Shown: piece by piece, positions 49,301-62,689 of the stretch
Layout of the letters: each line of letters starts with the position of its first letter
Position numbering within the stretch: the first letter of the stretch is position 1
DNA from: Gnetum montanum
Lineage: Eukaryota; Plantae; Gnetophyta
Direction: 5' to 3'
Assembly: GCA_015680685.1 (NCBI GenBank)
Contig: MNCI01000399.1
Coordinates: forward strand, 168,544 to 232,543
Length of the DNA: 64,000 bases
Made by a program: the position numbers and the translations under genes
The notes under the pieces: model-generated
Databases searched by the model: none
Told to the model about the DNA's origin: nothing
Seen by the model: only the letters and a program-made list of their open reading frames with translations

Positions 49301-52300
49301 GAAAGTTCCATGCATCGCATATAGTGACATAGGGTGTAATTGCGTGCAGAAGTCTTGGTTTGTACAACACTTAACATTTCCCACATGCAACCAGTGTGCA
49401 CTAATAACTAACATACAAAGATGTCTGTATGCAGTAGCCACAAGACTGGAAGGCACCCAGTGGTTGATAGCTGACTAAGAAAACGATTCAACTATATGCA
49501 TGGAACCAACTAAGAGCTTGACTTGCACCTACATTGATAGCATAGATACACTAGAGCAAGTCCATCTCCAAATTCCAAGTCCTAACATCAAAAATATCAA
49601 CTGGGGAAAGTTGGAAATCCCTAAGGAGTTCAAGCAAAAGCCCCTTGAGTTAAAATTTTTGCCCACCGGTATGGAGTATACATTTCTCAAAAATGGAAAG
49701 TCGATAATCATTAATGCTAAGCTTGCTCCTCAAAAAAAATAAAGATTGCTAAAAATGAAAAACAAATGGTCGAAAGCCTTTGCTTGGTCATATCCCGAAT
49801 TAACCAAAATATATCCTAGGATATGCAAACATAGAATTTACACTGATCCCTCCATGAAACCTCAACAACAACTGCAAAGGTGACTAAACCCAAAGCTTAA
49901 GCAAGTGGTTAAAGAAGAAATCGAAAACTTCTAAAAGCCAAGTTCATCTATCTCATTGCTGATAGTGAATGGGTTAGTCCATTAGTCATTGTGCCCAAAA
50001 AGGGAGGTAAATGGAGGGTGTGTATAGAATTTAGGCTACTAAACATGGCAACATTTAAAGACCACTTCCCATTACCATTCATCAACCAAGTCTTAGATAC
50101 CATTGCAGGGCATTACTACTATAGTTTTCTAGATGGCTATAGTGGATATAATCAAATTCAAATAGCACCAAAGGACCAAGACTATGTTCACAAGTCCCGA
50201 GGGACATTTTCATATAAGCAGATGTCATTTGGCTTGTGTAATGCCCTAGCAATGTTTCAACATTTGGTTCTAAGTACCTTTCAATAGCAAATAGGAAATG
50301 GTATGGAAGTCTTTATGAACGATTTCTCCACCTATGGAGCAGACTTCGAACAAGCATTGGACCGATTAGAGCAAGTACTAAAATGATGTGTAGAAACCAA
50401 CTTAAGGCTCAATTGGTAAAAAAAGGCCATTTAATGGTCCAAGAATGCATTGTATTAGGGCACAAGATTTCACAAACAGGGATAGAAGTAGATCCTGAAA
50501 AGATTAAGGTCATCCAAGAAATCACTCAACAACCTGAAACTATAAAAGATATCTGATCATTCCTTGGACATACTGGCTATTATAGACACTTCATTGAGAA
50601 CTTTTCAAGGATTGCGAAACCTTTGGTAGAACTAACAAAGAAGGACTTACCTTTTGAATGGACTAAGGAATGCGAGCTAGCCTTCCAAACCTTAAAATAA
50701 AAGCTTGTAGAAATGCTTATTCTACAAGCTCCTAACTGGTCCAAACCATTCCACATAATGACTGATGCATCCAACTTTGCTTTAGGAGCTGTACTTAAAT
50801 AGTTAGATGACCAAAAATTTCCCTATTACATCCACTATGCAAGTCAAAGTATCACTGGTGCTCAACTCAATTACACCACAACGAAAAAAGAGTTAATGGC
50901 TATGGTGTTTGCACTAGAAAAATTTAGGCACTATATATTGGGCTATAAGATATTTGTACATATGGATCATAGTGAATTCAGTTCTCAATGAATAAACCAA
51001 TGGTGAGCCCTCGCATTATACGATGGCTCATAATCTTACAAGAGTTCGATCTTACAATGATCGATTGTAAAGGCACTGAGAATGTTGTTGCTGATCATTT
51101 ATCTCAACTGCAATGGGACAACAAAGAGGATGAATATCCAATTTTTGACCATTTCCTTGATGAACTCCTCTTTGCAACTGTGATAAACAATCACTTACCC
51201 ACTGATACAAATTGGTATAGTAGCATTCTCACTCATCTATTTACACAAGGGACACCACAAGGGTTAGACATTAAAAAGAAAGAATAGTTTCTTCATTGAG
51301 CCAAATATTTCATGGAAATAAACAGACACCTTTATAAGGTATGTCTCGATCACTTGGTTCAATGGTGTGTTCCTAATGTAGATTAATTGCGAGTTCTCCA
51401 AGATGCTCATGAGGGCCCTTGTGGAGGTCATTACATAGGGAGATGAACAACCATAAAAATCTTGCATGCAGGATATTATTGGCCTACATTGTTCCAGGAT
51501 TCTCATCATTTCATCCAATCTTGTGAGTGTTGCCAATGTGATGGGAGAATGGCTACTAGAATGGAGGGTCCACAATAATGGATTCAACCTTTAGAGCCCT
51601 TCGACATATGGGGAATTGATTTTATGCGACCTATTACATCAATGTCCAATGGAAAAGCCTACATTGTTGTTGCTGTTGACTAGTTTACCAAGTGGGCAGA
51701 AGCAGCCACTGTTACAAACTATAAATCATCTATCACTACACGATTTGTTCAACAACAAATCATAAATAGGTTTGGTGTGCATCATGCACTTATTTCCGAC
51801 AATGGTACACACTTTATAGGCTTGACTTTTCGAAAGTTAATGCAATGCTTAGGAGTTGAGCACAAACTGATTGCACCATATCACCCTCAACGAATGGTCA
51901 AGCTGAGGTCACCAATAGGAAGATCACAAAAATATTGACACAAACCATTAGCAAGTATAGGTGGGACTAGAGCACCAAACTGAACAATGCTCTTTGGGCA
52001 TACCACTGCACATGGAAACTCCCTACATGCTACTCTCCCTATGAGTTAGTGTATGGTAAACTTTCAATGCTTCCTATTCAAGTGAAACTCTGTACACTAT
52101 CCACAGCATGTGACCTTAACCTTGACCTCAATCTAGCACAAAAAGAACTACTAATGAACCTTAACTTACTAGATGAGAATCGACTAGCCACCCTATCATC
52201 CAATGAACTGCACAAGGCCTTTAACAAACAACATCATGACCTAAGAATTAGGAAGGTCAAATACCAATCAAGAGATAAGGTTCTTTATTGGAATCCCACA

Positions 52301-52432
52301 CATGTACCCCAACGAATGAAATTTCAAATGCTATGGAAAGCACCTAATATCATTCATGAAATTTTTCCTTTAGGGGCCATGATGATTTACAAACTTGAAA
52401 GCCTGAATAAGAAGTTATTGGTCAACATCTAG
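46341..52432 (+). pseudogene. Gypsy gag-pol, fragmented
   Basis: gag-like 47230-47700, PR 48855-49079, RT 49991-50500, RNase H to about 51100, IN about 51400-52432; many stops. Confidence 0.88.
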
Positions 52433-54443
52433 CAAACCAAACCCTTCCATGAGCCTAAAACAACTAGCACTAATACTACATCTGTTGCTGGACAACCTTG
52501 CTCATTATTTCAGATCTCCTCCTTCCAACTTAGTCGTGGGGGGAGATGGCCATCAATGCTAACCGTTCTAAGCTCTCAGTTCCTTTGCTTTTACACATTT
52601 TTTCAGTCTTTTCTTATTTTGGTTTTACACCATCATTAACATTTTTACTGTTTTCTTGTTTGATTTATTCTTATTCATCACATAATAAGTGCTCACGATG
52701 GTGGGTTGTATTATAATAAGTGTTGATTGCTAATGTTTGGTTTTTACCTTTGACTTTCAATGTTGATGCTAAGATATGGTTTATTTTTGGTAAAATAGGC
52801 AATGAGTCAATGTCAACCAATTATCCATATAACTTTGTGGTCTCCCCTTGTTTTGGAAATGTACTATCCCTTTTCTAAGAAAACTTATTAATGAATTGGT
52901 GTCTTAGTACTCTTTGAACCAAAGAAAGATTCAAATGAATGGAAAAGGGTGTGACCTCAAGGGGATTTGATGCATTTGTGCTGGCTATTCTCTTGGGTAC
53001 TTGGATGTTTTTTCATAGGTTTTCCACCATCCCACTCTTGACCAAATATCAGGGAGTTAACTAAATCAAATAAGTCTTTGCATGGTGTGGTTCTCACATT
53101 TAAAAAAAACTGGTAAGAATTCAAAGCACACCCCTTAGACTTAATAAAGAAACATGGGCTACAAGCACTAGTTATGGCACTAGAAAGTCATGTTACCCAT
53201 GCCTGAAGGTTACCTCTAACTAAGGGCCTTTCTCACTTCTTGCTTCTTCTCTTGTTGGGATGGTGGTGGCTTTGTGGATGCATTCTTGTTACTTCAAGAT
53301 GATGGATTGGTCAAAGTGTGTTGATGCAAGGTCACTAGATGTGAATAGTTGAATCTAGATTTGGATAGAATTTTATTAAGTTACCTTAACCACATATTAC
53401 ACAAGGGACTTTACACAAGCTAAATTTTTGAGATTTCATTCCATTCTCTCCTCTCTTTCCATATTGCTTTTCACATTCCACCTCATTGCCAGTTTTACAA
53501 TAAGTCTATATCTTGGTCGATGCACTATTAGTCTTTGGTAACACACTTGTGGGTAAGTTTTTAACCATTGTTTCCATATCTCATTCCGAGAGCCTACGAA
53601 CTCTCTAGTTTGTAGGTTTTTCAGGGCATTTAGGGCATTATCCTACTTTGGGGAGGACCCACTAGCATTTCATTTTGGTGCAATTGTTAAGTTCTTTCCC
53701 TTCAACATTTCTCGCAATAAGTATTTCTTATTCACCCCATCAATGACATCTGTTTTTGCTTTTGTTTCATTGGTTTCACCATTTTTATTTCTTATATCCT
53801 TCTTGTTCTTTAAAATTTTTCCACCCTATTACTATCAGAGGTTCGCTCTTAGTCGTGGGGGTCCTATCACAAATTTTTCCATTCCATAATTATCTTACCC
53901 CTACACCTTGGGTAGTTATCAGTCATAAACCTCTCACCCAGTATCTGCCATACCCACAACCTAGCCAATGTGCTTTATATCGAGGCAAGGTATTAGTTGC
54001 CTTAGGTTTTATCTACCCTTGCTAATTTGTGAGTGTGTGGTGTGTGCAGATGGCATTTACACGAACAATGGACTGGGATAAGAGGGAGCACTCAAGATGG
54101 ACTAGAGCTAGAGTGTTTATGCAAGGAACAAGTTTGGACATGTAGCTATGGATAAACAATGGTGTGCATAGTTTCAACATTAGTAGTAATGCACCTCATT
54201 TTCTCTCTCTTTCTCTATCTCTCTCTCCAAGCTGTCGAATGAGGGTCTGGATGTCATATATGTACAATGTTCACCACAATGGGCATGAACACCGATGATG
54301 TAATGTATTTGTCGATCTGTTTCCTAGGCACTCTGAGTATGTCATCCCATGTCATCATCAGTTATCATTCAATTAATAATCCCAAACCTTCCCAATATTT
54401 TGTAAGGAACTCGAGGATGAGTTTTTATTCATTTGTGGGGGTA

Positions 54444-55272
54444 TGATGAGCCGCGATATCACGTATGCAATATCGAGGCCACAATATCGGATCCTACCAT
54501 GTGATATCAAACATCTGATATCAAAACCTGTCTCATTGCCTATAAATAAGAGGTGAGCACACTTAGTTTAGTAGTTAGTCTTAGTTCCTTACTCAAACTC
54601 TTATAGTTTCTCCCTCTCAAAGTTAGAATTATTTCTAAGTGCCCGCAGTAGGAGTCATAAAGCAAATGGATCTTTATTTGAGCATTGTCTACCTAAGCAC
54701 ACCTTATGTTCGAAAATAAAGATGAACTTTGTGATAAGCCTTGCAACATTCAGAATAGCTTATCTCTCACCCTTAATGCTATTTATGTTCTTTAATGCTT
54801 TCATTAGTTAATTAATGTTGCTTTCATTGATTCATTAATTTTCACAAGTAAGCACACTCATTACGACCACTTCGAGCATACGTGGAACACTTGGTAACCT
54901 AGTAATGATTAGCATTTGGTAATTCCATTAGTGTTACACTGGTTCAGGATGTGTACAGCAAGTGGGAACGGATGCTGGTGTTAGGACTAGTTAGGACCTA
55001 GCTGATTAGTTAATTTAATTTAGTTATTCAGTTAATTCACTTCTTCCCTCTTTAGCACCAAGACATAAAACATAAAAAGTATAAAAATCATATGCCTCAA
55101 GTTTACTTAACCATACAATTTTGCCATATGAGTAAGCTTGGGAAGACAATGATTGCTAACCCATCCTTGTTTTGTGAAGGCGTATAACCACTTAGTCCTT
55201 GGAATTCGACCAGATCGTGCATGAACGCTCATATTCGTATGGTTGGGCATAGGGGTACCTTGCCACCCATCA
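54444..55272 (+). repeat. 3' LTR
   Basis: TGATGAGC...CATCA after the GTGGGGGTA PPT. Confidence 0.93.
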
Positions 55273-56511
55273 CTAAGAAAAATTTTCTTTGCAATCTCTA
55301 TGACATCCTAAGGAAAGTTAATTGTGTGACCTTTATACTTGAACAGTCCACCCACTACATGTCTGATTTGCAATATGGGATTAGTTCTTACAATTAACAT
55401 TTCTTCAACCTTAATTAAATCAACTAGAACAAGCAAGTGGAATTCTAGATTCATGTTATTTTTTGCAAAAAAATTATTTAATCTTCCAATCAAAACTATC
55501 AACAATATTTTATGTGTTTTCTATTTTACACTTGTTGCATGTCAAACCTATGGTTCTTATTAAATCTAATGATATGCCAAAATACACTTCATTATAAATA
55601 TTACAACATTGGATGTTAGTAAAATTCAAACCTACTATATTAAAATTCTAAATCATCTAGGTATTTTGTGTAGGTGTCTTTCATAGGTTTGGAAAAGAGC
55701 AAACCACCTCTAAAGAATGCATTTCCGCTATTGTTATAGTAGTTACATTTGAAAGTTCATACATTTGATCAAATGATTCTTCCTCATATTGACATTGCCT
55801 TATTTAGTGCTTACTCTTATGATATTGTATCCATTGATAATCTTCTCATAATTGTTCTTCTACATCTATGATGTCTAACACATATGTGTATTAAATAGTA
55901 GATTTGGATGCATTTTCAATGTGTTGCAAGAGTTAATCATGTTATGAAACATAAATAAATTACTAAATAAAATAAATAATAACTTAAATAGTGGTAGATA
56001 ATGGAAACCTGCATTTCTTGTTGATGATTTATATTAGCATTATCAATACAAATGACCATTACAAAAGAAGAATTTTCAATTGGTAAGAGTAAATCAGAAT
56101 TAGATACAATGTACACAATGTTTACAATGTAGGTAAAAAAATGAAAAGATTTAGCAATATAACAATTAGAAATTCTCAATGTAAAAATTCCATAAATTTG
56201 AAATAAAATAATTTTGGTCGAGAGGCCAACTACCAACCCTGTCCCAGAGAGTCATCTTTGATCACAGTAAAATAATTTTATCATCATAACAGTAAAATAA
56301 CTTTTTGTTAAATTTATTATTTTAATTGAGATAACATATATTAGTTTTTATTTCTATTCTCAATGTGAAAATTAATTTTAAGTGAAACAATTTGGGATTT
56401 TATTAATTTAAAAAATATAAAAGTTTCTCTCGACCAAATAATGGATCTATATCATAAATATATAGCTAAAATAGCTGACTAAATGATTATACAACCAAAG
56501 AATGAATAAAT

Positions 56512-59500
56512 TCTTTGAGTCATGTGGTGACTGATCCAAATCATTGGGTCATGGACCAATTTTAGTTATGAACGATTTCTTGATGCATATTTATGTAACG
56601 TTTCGAAACTCTCTTGTAACTGTAATCTGCAAAATATATAATGATACTCTAGTGTGAGGTGATCTTGCTAAACCAAAAAATTCTATGTGTTCTATGTGTG
56701 CTTCTTGTTCTTATTCTTTGTTTTTTTTTTTTTTTCTTTTTTTTTTTTTTTGCTTGATTCATTTCCAAAAAAACTTGTATCAGAGCCAAGTTTGCGAAGG
56801 ATCAGTGCAAGCGATGGCATCCAAGGACGGGAAAGTCAAAATTGACAAGTTCGATGGGATGGACTTTAGGTTTTAGAACATGAAAATTGAAAATTATCTA
56901 TAACAAAAGAAGTTGCATGAACCACTATTAGGGAAGAAGCAAAATCATATGAGTAAAGAGGATTTGGAATTGTTAGATCACTAGGCTCTAGGATGATCAT
57001 TTGATGTTATCACAGAACGTTGTGTTCAATATCATTAATGAAAAGACTACTTAAGGTATGATGAAGGCCTTATCAGATATGTACGAGAAGTCATCTACCT
57101 CAAACAAGGTATATCTGCTATGCCAATTATTCAGTCTGAGGATGTCTTAAGGTGCATTGGTTACAGATCACATCAATTTGTTCAATGTGATCATGAGTTA
57201 GTTGAGTTCTATGGAAATCGACTTTAATGATGAGATCAAAGCATTGATCTTGTTATCATCACTACCTGATAACTGGTCTGCAACAGTGACTGTAGTTAGT
57301 AGTTCATCAAGAGATCAAAGACTAAAGTTGTCTAGAGTTCAAGATCTGATTCTCAATAAGGATATACGTAGAAGGGAGTTAGGTGTCTAGTTCTACCTTG
57401 AGTAATGAAGGCAGAGGTAGAAGTATTCAGTAAGGGTAGAATCAAGGCCATGGAAAACCAAATTCCAATGGAAGAAGTTGATCCAAGGATCACAAGAATG
57501 TCACCTATTGGAATTGCAATTAGAAAGGTCACCTCAAAAAATAGTGCATGATACTAGAGAAAGAAAAGAAAAATCAACATGATGATTCAACGAATGCAGC
57601 TACTAAAGAAATTGCTAATGCCCTAGTATGTTGTGTGAATAGTGGTATTGAATCTTGGATTCTTGATTCAAGTGTGTCATTTCACTCTACTCTTAAAGAA
57701 CTACTTAATATCTATGTTGCTAGAAATTTTGTAAAGGCTTATCTTATAGATGATGAGTCATTGAACATTATGGGGAAGGATGATGTTTATATAAAGACTA
57801 CCCATGGGAAGCAACTGAAGTTACAGAATGTTAGAAATGTTTCAAGTTTAAAGAAAAACTATATTTCTATGGGTCAAATAGATGCTAAAGGGTATAGTAT
57901 AGTATTTGGAGGTGGATCCTAGAAAATAATTATAAAGGAAATCTGATCATTGCTTGGGAAAATAAGGTGGAAACATTGTACACCACTTCAAAAATAAAGG
58001 ACATAGTGTCAATGGTTGATTCAAAATCAATGTCAACATTGTGGCATTGAAGGTTGGGTCAGATGAGTGAAAAGGAAATGAAGTTGGCCTCACAAGGGAG
58101 ATTATTGGACTTGAAGTATGTTGATGTTGGTTTATGTGAAGGATGTGTTTATGGAAAAAAAATAGTGAGTTTCTCAAAAGTTGGAAGAACATCAAAGACC
58201 GAGAAGTTGGAATTGGTACATCAAAATGTATGGGGACCAACCCCACTAAGTTTCCTTGGTGGCTCATGCTATTATGTCACATTCATTGACAATTCCACTA
58301 GAAAGGTTTGGGTTTATTTTCTTAAAAATAAATCTAATGTATTTTCTACATTTAAAAGGTGGAAGGTAAAAGTGGATAACCAAACTAGTTTGAAAGTCAA
58401 GTGTTTGAGGTTTGATAATGCAGGGGAGTATGATAGTCTAGAGTTCAAGGCTTTCTATTCTAAGAATGGGATCAAAATGATGAACATGGTTCCTAGAACA
58501 CCAGAGCATAATGGTGTTGCTGAGAGAATGAATAGGATCTTGAATGAGAGAGCTAGAAGCATGAGGATATCTTCTAGACTACCAAAGATGTTTTGGGCAA
58601 ATGCAGTTAGCACAGTAGCCTATCTCATAAATCGAGGACCTTCAATTCCACTAGACTTTAAGATACCTAAGGAGGCATGGTCAGGAAAGGCAGTAAACTT
58701 CTCACATTTAAAAGTTTTTGGTTGTGTATCATATGTGCACTTAGGTTCTGATGTCCAAGATAAACTTGACACTAAAGCCAAGAAATGTTATTTTATTGGC
58801 TATGGTTCTGATGATTTTGGTTACCATTTTTGGGATGATCAAAATAGAAAAATTATAAGGCACAGGGATGTCACTATTAATGAACATATGGTGTACAAGG
58901 ATACGTTTGGATCAGAATCTAATAGTGCAGGTAAGTAGGAAAAGGAAAGTGAGAAGGTTGAATTAGAAGAAATATCTAAGAGAGATGTAGCTAGAAGGAT
59001 TCAAGAAAATCCTATAAATAGGATAGGTAAAGATGAATGTGAAGTTAAGTTAGAAACAGTTACACTAGTGCCTCAATTGAGAAGGTCTACTAGAATACCA
59101 AAGCCCAGAGATAGGTACTCTCCCTCATTACATTATTTACTTTTGACTAATGTTGGGGAACTAGAATGTTTTGATGAAGTAATGTAGGTAACAGATCGTG
59201 TTAAGTGGGAGTTGGCTATGAGAGATGAGATGAAGTTAGTCTAGAAGAATACAAAAGTTGAAGGGTCGGTTGTTACAAAAGTTGAAAGGTTAGAAGTTGA
59301 AAGGATGCTATTTTCTCTCCCTTTTATTTAAAATTTTGATGTATGCTATGATCTATACCAGACCCAACATAGCACATGTAATGGAAGTTGTTCGCAGGTT
59401 CATGTCTGATCCAAGAAGGGAGCATTAGGAAGCTATAAAATGGCTCCTAAGATATCTAAAAAGAACTTCAGGTATGACACTTTATTTTAAAAGGAGCAAC

Positions 59501-60343
59501 ATTACTCTATAGGGTTTTTCTAATGTAGATTTGGGAGGTAACTTGGGCAGCAAGAAGAGCACCACTAGTTATATTTTCATTATGGGTAGTACTGTTGTGA
59601 GTTGGATGTCTCAAATTCAAAAGAGCATTGCTCTCTCAACCACAAAATTAGAATATACAGCTATATCAGAAGCTAGAAAGGAGATGATTTGGTTGAAGGT
59701 TCTTCTAAGAGAGTTGGGTAAGACACAAGACAATAGTGAGCTTTTTACTGATAGTCAAAGTGTCATACACTTGGCTAGAGATCCAATTTTTCATTCCAAA
59801 TCTAAACACATTTAATTGAGATATCATCATATCCGTGGGTTCATAGATGATAGGATATTACTGCTAAGGAAGATTCTTGAGTCAAAAAACCCTATAGACA
59901 TGTTGACCAAGGTGGTCACCACTACGAAGTTGAGGCTCTACATGATCTTAGCAAGCCTCCATGGTTAGCAATGGGGAGGCACCACACTAGGAGTTGATGA
60001 TGCATGTGGAAGAAGCAAGGTTGTAAGAGTTTTTTTTTTTCTTTTTAAGATTAGTCTCCAAGTAGGGGATTGTTGGAGTCATGTGGAAATTGATCTGAAT
60101 TATTGGGTTATGGGCCAAGTTCGATTAAGGACAGTTTCTTATGCATATTTATGTAAAATTTTGAAACTCTCTTATAACTGTAATCCGCAAAATATCTAAT
60201 GAAACACTAGCGCAAAATATCTAATGAAACACTAGTGCAGCCGTGAATGAGCGGCATCTTCCTAAACCATGAAAATTTTGTGTGTTTTGTATGTGCTTCT
60301 TTTTCTTATTCTTTTTTTTTTTCACTTGATTCGTTTCCTAACA
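56512..60343 (+). mobile_element. Ty1/Copia element (Tork/Tnt1-like gag) with both LTRs and most of RT deleted
   Basis: TSD TAAAT (56507-56511 and 60344-60348), LTRs about 56512-56770 and 60071-60343, PBS TTGTATCAGAGCCA (Met-i type), gag KIDKFDG, PR WILDS, IN ORF 58054-58938, RNase H 59531-59815. The RT core is missing between about 59240 and 59340. Confidence 0.92.
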
Positions 60344-61489
60344 TAAATCATACTTCTGAATCATATTGAACCTATTGTCATTCTTGTTGGCATCACATTG
60401 ATTCTCGTTTCTAAAATCATTATTTATCATGTATGCTCATTGATTCTAAATTTATAGTCTCTATGATTTGTGATCATCCTCAACCTCACCCATATCCATA
60501 GATATTTCCATGACCTTCATGAATCACATAATTTATTGTAAAAGATGATTGATATTGTAAAAGATGATTGATGTAGATGATTTTGAATAGACTATGTATG
60601 ACTCTACTATTAAGAATAAGAATAGTGAAATCCATGTTGAGAATAATATTGTAGTTGCTTTGGAGAAAACAAGGTAGGAGTAGCACAACCATGTTGTTTG
60701 AATTTATAAATATAATTATGCAAGCATTGAACATTTTTTTAATTAAATTTGAATTTTCACATTCAAAATATCTTTTAAATTAGAAGTTTCTCACTTATAC
60801 GTGTTTCTATCAAATTTTAAGTTTAATTTTTTTTCCACAATCAAATATAAATTTTTCATAAATTTGAACACAGTTCCCAAATTAGAATTTTCTCACTCAA
60901 TTTTTGAAAAATGCCATGAATCACAAAACTTCCAAATATTTAAAACTTATGCATGGGTGGAAATTTATTAATTTCTATAGAAAGAAGGAGAAGTTTCTTA
61001 GATTTGGAAAAATTTCAAACAACAAATGGAATGACTAAACTTAATTAAGAAGTTTCTATATTAATCAAATATATAAAAAGGTGAAAAAATTAGATGCTAC
61101 CCAACCACTTTTACCCAAACCAACCATTTGTTGGGCAATAGTATTCACTAACACAAATAAAAATTAAATGTAGTGGAGTAACTTTTACCAAATAATAGTC
61201 ATCTTAGCGGTAAAGTATGATTTTTAGTTATAAGAGTTTCAAGGTTCAATCTTTTATTTAATAAAAAAATTAATCAAACGTATCTTTGATTTCATCAAAC
61301 TTGTGATTTTAAAAACATCGATGCTACAAAATATATTTGCAAGGCAGTAGCAAAAGCCTCCAAAAATTTTCTACCAATAAAGAAAAATATAAGAAAATAG
61401 GATTATTTTAAATCCTTCAAAATTTTTTTTCTTTTTGTTTTTTTTTTCTTTTTTCTTTTTCCAAAGAAACAATGGAGAACCATTGCAAT

Positions 61490-61661
61490 ATAGGATTCTA
61501 TTCAAAAAATGAAAAAAGGTGTTTGCTGAAAAAATGGACAAATTGCTAAAGGAAAATGCATAATTACTTTGAAACATAGGATTCTATTCAAAAAATGGAA
61601 AAAGGTGTTTGCTGAAAAAATGGACAAATTGGTAAAGGAAAATACATAATTACTTTGAAAA
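61490..61661 (+). repeat. 86-bp tandem duplication
   Basis: ATAGGATTCTATTCAAAAAATG...ACTTTGAAA occurs at 61490 and 61576. Confidence 0.9.
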
Positions 61662-62689
61662 TGCATAAAAAAAGATTTTTATAAAAAAATAATAAAATGA
61701 TATTTGTAAAGTTTACAAGTAAACTTATTATATAGTAAACAAAATATTTTACTAAACAAAATTTTTATCCATAGAAAACTANAAATGATAGAGAAAGAGA
61801 GGATGAAAGGATGATTCCATTTTCTTCAAACTTGTTACCTCACTAGCTCCAAAAAGAGAATAAAAACTTATAAGATCCTCTTGGTGAATATATATATATA
61901 TATATATAAAAGCTAGTAATAGACACCTTAAGGATGCCAAAAAAATTTTCCTTCCTAACCAAAGTTGTCATAAATGTGAAAACTAAGAAAAAAATTTAAA
62001 ATGACAACCTAACTAGTTAGTTTTGTTTTGAAGTCATGCAATGCTTAAAAAAACCTTTATTAAAAATGTTTTAAAAACTTATAAAAATTACATTATTCTC
62101 AAATAACTTCTTTAGAAACATATAGAGTGAGACAATAATAATTATAACTAATGATTAGCTTCACACATGTTGACAAAGGAAATGGAAATAAATTAAAGTA
62201 TACAAATAACAATTGAGATTTTAATTCCAAAAATTGTATGTGTTTCAAGGTTCCACAACTTCATAAAAGATATCAATAACTGAAGAACAAAATAATCTAG
62301 AAAAGTTCATAACTTTAGAATTCTCAAACAACTTATTATAAGAATAAAATGAATATTCAATACTATAATGTATCTATCCTCTTCCAACTAGTTGAATCCT
62401 TAATTGAGAGCTTCACCTATAGGAAATCATAACATACATGAATGGTTACAATCCTTTTTAGTTTGAAATTGTAAAGTTTTCTCCCAAAGCTAGCACTTAA
62501 TTAGAGACCAAGCAAGCATAGGATGGTGCCTAAAACACAAACAAAAATATCTGAATCTATGTGGTAGCCATAACAGAATTAGGGTTTTCTCCTTTTATTC
62601 CAAAAATATTTTTTTAAAAAATAAAAGGCTCATTTTGGAGTTGGTTATCCACCATGAGGTGCGTTGTCATATATGTTAAGAAGCTGTGT

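Larger units (their letters stand above)
45393..55272 (+). mobile_element. Full-length, decayed Athila-like Ty3/Gypsy retrotransposon
   Basis: LTRs 45393-46195 and 54444-55272 (TG...CA), TSD CTAAA/CTAAG, Asp-tRNA-type PBS, PR ALLDSGSGVN, RT FLDGYSGYNQI, RNase H and IN in Gypsy order, PPT before 54444. Confidence 0.95.
41100..56000 (-). mobile_element. Degenerate autonomous-type Helitron (DUF6570-like, HUH Rep, Pif1 helicase), split by the Gypsy insertion; termini not defined
   Basis: DUF6570-like 55273-55505 continues at 45392 (GHTINFP*DVIEIAKKIFL/RIKDIHFLVMRR). HUH motif YEW*ICRSSHVHGFL at about 44390-44440, YIAKYA and DRDIGAIE at about 43480-43660, Walker A II*GTTGT*KSF at about 42672-42710, and WAITIH-KSQG plus TFVALSRV at about 41720-41845. 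Confidence 0.85.
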
